From the IMG/VR virus record IMGVR_UViG_3300017971_004694: a stretch of 64,000 nt of DNA; one strand, 5' to 3'. The DNA is from a virus. Below are positions 40,206-48,227 of this stretch, piece by piece. Position 1 is the stretch's first letter. The number at the start of each line of letters is the position of its first letter. The position numbers and the translations under genes are program-made. The notes under the pieces were generated by a model. That model worked only from the letters and a program-made list of their open reading frames with translations, was not told where the DNA came from and made no database searches.

Positions 40206-40594
40206 TATTCTCCCTCCTTGAATAGATCTTCAAGCTCGTGTAGGGCCATCTCAACCCTGTAAGCTGCCTTCACGTTCTTGCCATCTGCGAGTTCATTGGC
40301 GATCTTCTCAAGATTCTCAATAAGCATCTTGTCGTAAGCTGTCTTAAGCTCTGCCACCAAGGTTGGCTTTTCAAACTGCTCTAGAGCCTCATCGAACCTT
40401 TTCATAGGTTCCTCTTCCTCCCAGAACTTTTCCTCTTCCTCTTTAGTTACCTTTGCCTCTTTCTCAAGAGGAAGGGGCTCAAAAGCCTCGGGAGGTGGGC
40501 CCTCAAGGACATTATCCTTTTGGGCAACCTTCTCAAGCTCCTTCATAACCTCGCTGTCGAGCCAAGCAGCTTTATCTTCTTTTGAGAAACTCAT
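40205..40594 (-). CDS. Small internal head protein
   Basis: 129 aa; SEVMKELEKVA, LEKEA and the helical LEKIANEL motif shared with neighbouring genes. Confidence 0.65.
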   Translation of the reverse strand: MSFSKEDKAAWLDSEVMKELEKVAQKDNVLEGPPPEAFEPLPLEKEAKVTKEEEEKFWEEEEPMKRFDEALEQFEKPTLVAELKTAYDKMLIENLEKIANELADGKNVKAAYRVEMALHELEDLFKEGE

Positions 40595-40615
40595 AGACGC
40601 CTCCGCGTAAAATAT

Positions 40616-41317
40616 TTACAGCCACATAAACTCAAGCGTGTTAACTATAGCACTGGGTGGCCCGGTGACTATCGCTACGCCTGGATGTGTCTCTGTTAAT
40701 TGACTTGTCGTAAGTTGTCCCGTTGCGTTGACGAACAATGTAGCGTTCACCGGGTATCTCTGTAATGTATCATACTGATCCGTCGCAAAAATACCACGCT
40801 GAAACCAAATCGTCGCCCTATTGCTTCCAATGGTCGAATCATCACCAGGAAGCGATGGGACCTGATAAACATAATTCACTACTGTTCTTACACTATCGTT
40901 TTTTCCATTCCCAGTGCTATCATAATTTAGCCTACTATCCTTGGGCAAGGTCAAAATTCCATTAACAGGATTGAGAATCAAACCCTCATAGTCGGCCACG
41001 AAACTGCTTTGTATCAAACCACCATTAGCTAGTGGTGCAGTGAAATCCACGCTGTTGAAAAAATTGTATCCATCGGTGTAGATCAAACTTGGATCGGGAG
41101 CCGATAGAAGCACGATTTCATCAACCACGGGCATCGTGAAAGCATTAGTTCTTACATCATCAATAATTCCAAGTGGCGCAGTTCCGTCAGATAAGCCCAA
41201 AACTATATCCTGGCCAACCAGTTTAAGCTGACCTATGGCCCCTGGCTGAAACGAAGCCGAGGGGTCAACTGGATATGAGAACGGCAGGGCGTTGCCCGTT
41301 TGAATAAGTCTTAACAT
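40616..41317 (-). CDS. Second putative capsid decoration protein
   Basis: 233 aa; FQPGAIGQL...DGTAPLGIIDD...TIWFQRGIFATDQYD resembles beta-tulip decoration proteins; GGAGG RBS. Confidence 0.5.
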   Translation of the reverse strand: MLRLIQTGNALPFSYPVDPSASFQPGAIGQLKLVGQDIVLGLSDGTAPLGIIDDVRTNAFTMPVVDEIVLLSAPDPSLIYTDGYNFFNSVDFTAPLANGGLIQSSFVADYEGLILNPVNGILTLPKDSRLNYDSTGNGKNDSVRTVVNYVYQVPSLPGDDSTIGSNRATIWFQRGIFATDQYDTLQRYPVNATLFVNATGQLTTSQLTETHPGVAIVTGPPSAIVNTLEFMWL

Positions 41318-41332
41318 ACTTCCTCCTATTTG

Positions 41333-41983
41333 TTAACGGGGCATACCTCGCTCTTTTAACATTTTAAAAGTTGCGTTGGCCGCTTCTAATTCTTTTTGAA
41401 GCTCTAATAATCTTTCATAATCAGGTTCCTCTTCCCTATAAACCATTCCTATTGCGTCCAAAACGCCTAGTGCCTTGGCCTTGGCCTCAACAATGTCAGG
41501 CTCTCCAGTAGCCTCATACTCTTCCGCAGCCTCAAACCTTTCCTCAGCTTCGGCCTCTTCTTTTCTTTGTTCAGCAAAATACTCTGGGCTTATAGCCACC
41601 TTTTCAATAGATTCGTCGAGAATATTAGCAAGCTCAGTGAAACCTTGCTTGTCAAGAGTATCGGCAACGGCAGCAAGGCTTTTCAAAGCATATTCCTCGG
41701 CTTCTGCCTTTTTACAAACATCACACACTTTTGCGCCAGGGCACTCATGGGTATCTGCTTTTTGCTCTTTATTTTTCTTTTCTTTCTTTTTCTTCATTTC
41801 TTCTTTATATTTCTTCACTTTTTGACAATTCTTTTGCTCGTGGCCAAACTTTCCACAAAAAGTACACGGCCCCATACCAGCAGTCTTATGGAAAAGCTCT
41901 TTTAAAGAATCGCTGCCTAGATTGTCTACCATAGCCTCTACAATCTCGTCAACGCTATGCTTTTTTGTAACAGTCATTTGCAT
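41333..41983 (-). CDS. Internal head protein with a CCHC zinc knuckle (paralogue of 42237..42731)
   Basis: CTFCGKFGHEQKNC = C-x2-C-x4-H-x4-C right after FHKTA; AVADTLDKQGF shared with the paralogue. Confidence 0.7.
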   Translation of the reverse strand: MQMTVTKKHSVDEIVEAMVDNLGSDSLKELFHKTAGMGPCTFCGKFGHEQKNCQKVKKYKEEMKKKKEKKNKEQKADTHECPGAKVCDVCKKAEAEEYALKSLAAVADTLDKQGFTELANILDESIEKVAISPEYFAEQRKEEAEAEERFEAAEEYEATGEPDIVEAKAKALGVLDAIGMVYREEEPDYERLLELQKELEAANATFKMLKERGMPR

Positions 41984-42001
41984 TTCTCCTTGGCAGGCTC
42001 A

Positions 42002-42731
42002 TTAGTCTTTCTTCTTTTTCTTGTCTTTCTTACCATAGCGCTTTTTGATTTCAGCGCGTTTCTTGTCGCTAAGCTCATTGTCCCAGATGTCGCCAACAAT
42101 TTCACTAACTCTCTTGGTGGAATAATCTGGATTTTTCTTCTTCACATCTTTCACAGTTTTATCCCACCACCCCTTTGGTGCTTTTTCCTCAGCGCCCTCT
42201 GGCGGCTTTTCATCTTTGCCCTTCCAAGTTTTATACTTAGTCTTCTTTACTTTTTTTTTTTGCTACTCTCTCGATTGTCTCATCAAGAAGACTGGCCATT
42301 GCGTCAAAGCCCTGTTTGTCGAGGGTGTCGGCAACCTTAACCAAGTGCTTCAGCGCAAAGTCCGCTGCAATAGCCTCACGGTCATCAACTAGCTGGCCGT
42401 CGGCTGCGGCAGGAGGCATTGTCTCGCCTGGCTTCTTAAGTTCTTTGAGTTTGTCTTGTCTTGCTTGAGTAGCCGCATCAACATTGCCGCCTGCTCCCGC
42501 CTCCTTATCCGCTGCTTTCAATGCGTCCAAGTGCTTGTTATAAATTTGCGTAACCTGATTTGCGTCTTTCGCGCCCGCAAGCTCCTTCTTAAAAGCAGCG
42601 AGTGCTCCAGCAGCTTCCTTCTTAAGAGAAGCCTCTTTGTGAAACAGATCCGTAAAAGACTCGTCGCCTAGCTGTTCAGCCATAGCTTCAAGAATCTCAT
42701 CTGCATGTTTATTTTTAAGGCTGGTGCTCAT
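42002..42731 (-). CDS. Internal head protein; the 0-frame stops at 42237, but a shifted frame across an A11 run adds an 82-aa basic HMG-box-like tail
   Basis: N-terminus paralogous to 41333..41983; the shifted frame VKKTKYKTW...KKKNPDYSTKRVSEIVGDIWDNELSDKKRAE is open to 42002 and fills the gap to the next RBS. Confidence 0.6.
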
Positions 42732-42748
42732 ATTAAGCCTCCTAATAT

Positions 42749-42916
42749 TTATTTGTTTTCTTCCTTAGAACCTATATTTATCACTCTTATACCATCTGCT
42801 ATTTCCTTGACTTCTTCAATATGCTCATCAAAAAACTCAAGGAAGCCTTCAATTTCCTCGTCGGTCAACCCAAAATCTTTCTTAAGAGAATCAACTTCAT
42901 CATTAGGATAATTCAT
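42749..42916 (-). CDS. 55-aa acidic small protein (missing from the ORF track)
   Basis: GAGGAG RBS; MNYPNDEVDSLKKDFGLTDEEIEGFLEFFDEHIEEVKEIADGIRVINIGSKEENK; fills the intergenic gap. Confidence 0.6.
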   Translation of the reverse strand: MNYPNDEVDSLKKDFGLTDEEIEGFLEFFDEHIEEVKEIADGIRVINIGSKEENK

Positions 42917-42930
42917 AAGTTCTCCTCAGA

Positions 42931-42968
42931 AATAAGAAGAGGTCCCGGAGCCCAATTGCTCCGGGACC
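42931..42968 (-). terminator. Terminator-like hairpin after the protease-scaffold gene
   Basis: GGTCCCGGAGC/GCTCCGGGACC 11-bp stem followed by TCTTCTTATTT. Confidence 0.65.
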
Positions 42969-42978
42969 GTATTAACAA

Positions 42979-45900
42979 TTAATCCCACAGTTTAAGAACT
43001 TGAGTGGAAAGATCTTCCGACACTACGCCTTCACCAAGGTCGTCGCTCGTCACGCCAACCTGAAGTGCTGGGGCAGCAGTCTTAACTGGAGATGGCTTCG
43101 TTGCGCGGCCAAGGGCACGCTTAAACGATTCAAAGCTCTCAGCATCGATCTTCATGAGATCGTCTACCTGCTTGTCAAGAGCAGCCTTCCCATCAGGAAG
43201 AAGGCCCTTCTCTTGCATCTCAAGAGCAACAGCAAAGGCTCTCTTCATGCGAACCTTCTGCTCCTCAAGATCCGAAGCTGTTTTCTTCTGGGCATATTCC
43301 TTGGTCAGTTCGGCGCCGAAAGTCTTGCTCTCGGAATCTCCCTCACCAAAATAATCCTTCCAGTATTTAGCAGCGGCAGGATCTACTGCAAAAGCCTTAA
43401 GCTTCTCTTCATCGCTTAGGTCTCCCAGATTTAGAGCACCCTCTTTAAGCAATCCACCAAGGTGTTCCATGGCTTCGCGGACCTTTGGAAGATTCTGAAC
43501 TGCCTTCATAATCTCCTCATGCATCTCCACGAGGCCCTCCACAGTGGCTTCTGGGGTCTTAGTATCAAGCTGACCAAGACCAAAGCTCTTACCAAGCGGC
43601 ATGTCTGTATCTACCGTGGTCTGTGGATCCAACTTGAGCTGATACTTGGCTCCAACCTCGGCTGCGATCTTCTCACGCCACGCGCGGCGGTCTTCAGCGG
43701 TGACTTCAAGATCATCAGCTTCGGCTTCATCAAGCATCTGAATAAGCTCGTCATCGAGCATATTTACATCATCAGCAAGCTGCTCATCATCGGCCATACC
43801 TTCAAGCTCTCCCTCAAGCAGAGCCTCTGGTTCTTCGTCTTCCATAACCTCGACTCCTGCCATCTCTGGGCCACCATGCTCCTCTTCCTTCATTTCCTCT
43901 TCCATGAATTCTTCGGTAAGACCCTTCTCTTCTAGAACCTTCTCTACAATCGCCTTGATGGCTTCCTCGTCTGCGGCCATGCACTCACCACTACCCTCTT
44001 CCCCTTCCTGAGCTTGACGGACCATTTCACGACGACGCTCGGCGCGAGCCTCTAGAAGCTTCTCAACGATAAGCTCAGCCTTGCTCTTTTTCTTATCCTC
44101 TTTCTCTTCCTTCTTTTCTTTCTTTTCCTTCTTTTTCTCTATGGCTTCCTCAAGAGCAGGAGGCAGTTTGCCCTTTTTGCCCTTCTTCTTTTTCTTTGGC
44201 TTCTCTTCCTTTTCTTCCTTCTCTTCCTTCTCTTCCTTCTCTTCCTTCTCTTCCTTTTCTCCATTCTCTTCCTCTTCTTCCTTCTCTTCCCCCTTAGCTG
44301 CATCAACTATCAACGAGGCCTCTTTACGAAGCTCAACGTTTTCGTCAACAGCATCCTTGGAAAGTCTAAGAAGCTCGGCTACAACAATATCTTCCTCGCC
44401 CTTTCCAGCCTTCTTGCGGCTTTCAAGCGATTCGGCAAGCATAGCGAGTTCATCTGCACTCTCATCGAGAGCGGCGTAGGTGGACTGAATTTTATCGGTC
44501 ACTTCAGCAGTAGCCAGCATTTCTGGGTCATCGGCAGCGTCGTCTGCATCGTCGGCGTCATCTGCATCGTCAGCCTCAGTTGGAGATGGAAGCTCGGCCT
44601 CACCCTTTCCGGTAGTTTCCTCAAGGGCATCCTTGAGATCGCCAAGGGCCTTCTCAGCCTCTTCCAGATTTTCAGTAAGGGTCTCAACAGCCTGATCCAC
44701 TGGATCTTTTGCAGGCTCTTTTTCCTCTACTTCTTCTGGGCCAGGTTCACCACCGAGATCCATTGGGGGCATCTCTGGGGCACCAGCGGCAGGTGGGGGT
44801 GCTGGAGGTGCTGGAGGTGCAGGTGGTTGGGCGGTCTTAGTAAGACCGTCGCCCTTAAGAACGTAAGCCACCTTTGCAAGACCATCCTTACGAATAGCCT
44901 TAAGAACCTCGCGACCATAGCGTTTGCTGGTAAAAATATCCCACTGGTCATCAAGCTGATCTTCCCAAACCTCGCACCAGTAGCCTCAAGAACCTTGTCG
45001 GGACCAGCATAAACTTCCCAACGAGACTTCTCCTTGTTCACAGAGGTCTTCGCATCGTCATTGAAAGCCATGACGAACTTGGCGCGAAGCTTCTGGTCAG
45101 CGCGGAGGTGCTTCTTCTTCTCAGCAAGCTCAGCTGCGCCGCCACCAAGATTCTCTGGATTCTCGTCCAGATACATACCAACCATCTGCTTGTCTTCTTT
45201 CTTTTTGACATTATCATTGGTTGGATCGACCGGATAGGTCTGTGGCTCATTGACGCCACCGCCGCCCTGGTGATAGGCCCTCTTCTCACCGAAGACCTCT
45301 TCCATTGAATAGGCATTCTGCTCTGGATCATCAACGGCATCGTCGGCTGCACCGGAAGCGACTTCCTTATAGACGGTTTTTCCATCGGCGCCTTGCATAG
45401 GAACCAACTTCTTTCCATCGGTGGTGGTAATCATACCCTCGCCGCTAGAAAGAAAAGCGTGCCTCTTCAGCCTGCGCTCCTCAAGCTCTGCCCTAGACAG
45501 TTGCTTCTTAAGTCCAAGTTCCTTAGAACCACCACCAAGGTTCTCTGGATTTTCATCGAGATACATCCCGACCATTTGCTTATCTTCTTTCGCTTTCACT
45601 TGATCGTTCAATGGGTCCACTGGGTAGGTCTGTGGTTCATTTGCTCCACCACCTCCCTGATGATAAGCGGACTTCTTGAACTCTGCACGACGGGCCTCAG
45701 CCCTTTCACGAAGCTCTTTTTCAGACATAGTATGCTCCTCCTTTTTTATCTGGACGCCACTGGCTAAGTCTCCAAGTGCATTTTCCAAAGCGTCCACTTT
45801 GTTATATATATTAGTTACTTCACTTGCGAATCGAACATCAAATCCCGTTGGGTCGTTATAGTTGTCGGGGCCGGATTTAAGATCCTGTATGTATCCATGG

Positions 45901-47090
45901 CCGCCCCTACCGCTGGTCATCGCTTTATTCCCAGCAAGACCATACGGTGGATGTATTACTTCCACGTCTGCCGCCTGGGCTACTGGAGGCGTTGGGGGCG
46001 CCTCTGGTGCTGCTTCTTCTGGTGGCCCCTCAGCAGATGCTAATTCAACAATCTTATTCATTAGCATCTCTCTAACCTGAGGAGGCAGATCCGGATTATC
46101 CTTGAGGATGTTGCTCCAGTTACGTGCCTCTTCATCAGCTCCAGCAGCTTCCTTGACTAAGCCCTGTGATAAATTGGCGACAGTCTCGCGAAGGTCTTTA
46201 ACATCCTTGGCCAAACTATCAAGTTCGCCAGGAGTAACACAACCAGCAGCCCTAAGCTCATTAATTCTATCTTCCTTTTCCTCAGAATATTTATTGAGGC
46301 TGGCTATTACGCTTCTTAGTTGTGCGCCTGGATCTGCGCCGGTCACCACGAGGCCAAGCTCAATTGGAGAAAGATCAACGTTAATTTCTCCATATGTTTG
46401 CTTACCCTTAACACAAGGACAATAATCGGCTTCTACCTTTGCGACATTGCCGCACTCAAAACAGATAGACTTTCCAACAGCCGTTCCCATAGAGACGTTA
46501 TTGGCATATCCCGTAGAAACCTTTCTGGCCAAGTCCGGATAGTTAATCTTATCCAAAGCACATAGGGCGATGACGCGTTTGCGGGTTTCATCATAGTGAG
46601 TGTCAATTATGATGCCCCTAATTCCATCGACAGAGCTGCTTTGGTGATCTTTGCAGAGGGGCCTTCCAATCCATTTCCTATAGGCTAATTTAAGTTCTGA
46701 CTCTGGGAAAATATCGCCATTGTTGTTTTTGTATGGCTTGATGCTTGAATCACTACATTTCCATTTCCAAGAGCCGTTCTTTTTGTTGACGACCCACTCA
46801 CAAGTAACTGGATCATCACCAACTTTTTTGATTTCTCCATTTGCATCTAACAAAGCGGCTTCTGCCGCATGCATCATTACGCAACTGAAATACAAAAAAT
46901 CTTTAGCCTTTGGTGCTACGCGCTTCAAATGATTAGCATATTTCAAGAAGCGCTTTCTGATTTGTGCGTCCGCCTCTGCAACTTTGGGACTAAGCAATAG
47001 TTCTTTTACGTCAGGATTAGACAACGCCGAACAGGGAGAGTGAATCTCATCAGTGCTGAATTGTGCTTCAGCATATTTAATTATGGACAT
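42979..47090 (-). CDS. Prohead protease-scaffold fusion (about 1370 aa), split by a 1-nt frameshift near 44973
   Basis: Start MSIIKYA after GGAG; protease motifs NNNGDIF, KDHQ (His), VSMG (Ser), IELGLVVTGADPGA and a CFEC/CPC Zn insert; the -1 frame after EATGA reads EVWEDQLDDQWDIFTSKRYGREVLKAIRKDGLAKV directly into ORF 42979..44871 (acidic, helical scaffold). Confidence 0.8.
45099..45678 (-). repeat. Two near-identical peptide repeats of about 60 aa within the protease-scaffold (45488-45678 and 45099-45287)
   Basis: AYHQGGGG(A/V)NEPQTYPVDP.ND.VK.KEDKQMVGMYLDENPENLGGG occurs twice. Confidence 0.9.
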
Positions 47091-47232
47091 TGCGTTCTCC
47101 GCCGTTTGGATTTTCTTTCTCTTTCTCTGTTTTCTCATCGTCAAGGCCAGCTTGTTTTCTAATTTCCTTTTCTGCTTCTTCTTTGTCGTCATAGACATTA
47201 TCGATTTTGGTTGTGGATCTTTTGATAATCAT
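47077..47232 (-). CDS. 51-aa small internal-protein-like peptide (missing from the ORF track)
   Basis: GGAG RBS; MIIKRSTTKIDNVYDDKEEAEKEIRKQAGLDDEKTEKEKENPNGGERNVHN; overlaps the protease start. Confidence 0.55.
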   Translation of the reverse strand: MIIKRSTTKIDNVYDDKEEAEKEIRKQAGLDDEKTEKEKENPNGGERNVHN

Positions 47233-47235
47233 AGC

Positions 47236-47880
47236 TTAACGCTCCATCATTTTAATCAAACGGGCACGCCTAATAATATGCCCACGGATTTCACTAGCGT
47301 TTTTTCTTCCCAAAATGTTCTTACGAAAGTGAGTTTTCATTTGTTTGTCTATAATATTTTCGATACTCCTAATTATCTTGTCAGCCCTGTCCGAGGTGGC
47401 CATGATCTTGTTCACCTGTTCTGGATCTCCAAAGTCTTCGAAAGCCTCGATGAACTCCTCCAGAAACTCAGTAAGCTGTTGCATGCCATCCTGAAGAGCT
47501 GACTTAATTTGTCTTGTAGCAGTATCTTTTTCTAAAGGTTTAAGGATATGAATATATCCTGTATTTTGTTGAGGGGTTTCGGTCAAATCTTTTTCTTCTT
47601 CTTTTTGACCAGCGAAATCAATAATCAGTTTTGTATATCTATCTTTAACTTCTCTTTGAAATCTTCGAAGCAAATGTCTTATGCCGTATAGGTCTTCAGT
47701 GGAGGCAACCTGATTTTTCTTCAGCACATTAATGAGCCTATTGTCATGCTGTCTCGCAGCCCAAAGGTCTTTCAGGAATTTATCAAACATACGAATAGCC
47801 TCTTTGGCCGTCTGCTTTTCGGCATCAGAAATCTCGTATGAACGAAGTAAAGGTTGTTGAGCTTGCTTGTCAATACCCAT
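47236..47880 (-). CDS. Helical internal head protein
   Basis: 214 aa, starts MGIDKQA|QQ; promoter motif upstream. Confidence 0.65.
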   Translation of the reverse strand: MGIDKQAQQPLLRSYEISDAEKQTAKEAIRMFDKFLKDLWAARQHDNRLINVLKKNQVASTEDLYGIRHLLRRFQREVKDRYTKLIIDFAGQKEEEKDLTETPQQNTGYIHILKPLEKDTATRQIKSALQDGMQQLTEFLEEFIEAFEDFGDPEQVNKIMATSDRADKIIRSIENIIDKQMKTHFRKNILGRKNASEIRGHIIRRARLIKMMER

Positions 47881-47927
47881 TAACAGACCTCGCGTATCAA
47901 AATATAACTCGTCAAAATTAATGGATA

Positions 47928-47940
47928 AATATTAATAGAT
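47928..47940 (-). promoter_or_regulatory. Late-promoter-like motif ATCTATTAATATT for the protease operon
   Basis: 48 nt upstream of ATG 47880; identical to the 31544 copy. Confidence 0.65.
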
Positions 47941-47966
47941 TTCAGCTATTTCCATCTAACAAAATG

Positions 47967-48227
47967 CTACTGTGTGCTAATGTATTGGGAGGAAAATCCT
48001 TCCCAGGCAAACCCTTGATTCATGTCTTGAACAGTGCTGTCTCTTAAACCTACGATATTTTTAGCAAGTTCCGCGACCTCTTTATTATACTCTGGATCGT
48101 TGGTTTCGTTCTCCATGATGAAGCTGTGCAGAATATCCGTAACAACAGATGCGGCGCGTATGAATTTTTTGCGGCTTAGCTCATCAATTAGGTTAGACAG
48201 ATCGCCTATGACCTCGTTTTTTATCAT
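47967..48227 (-). CDS. Small hypothetical protein (weak copy of the internal-protein helical motif)
   Basis: 86 aa, GGAGG RBS. Confidence 0.55.
   Translation of the reverse strand: MIKNEVIGDLSNLIDELSRKKFIRAASVVTDILHSFIMENETNDPEYNKEVAELAKNIVGLRDSTVQDMNQGFAWEGFSSQYISTQ

Noticed and set aside
44727-44975. C-terminal 80 aa of ORF 44727..47198 (RFGKISLMTSG...NLAQKK)
   Set aside because: Out-of-frame read-through after the indel; the -1 frame gives a coherent protein continuous with the scaffold.
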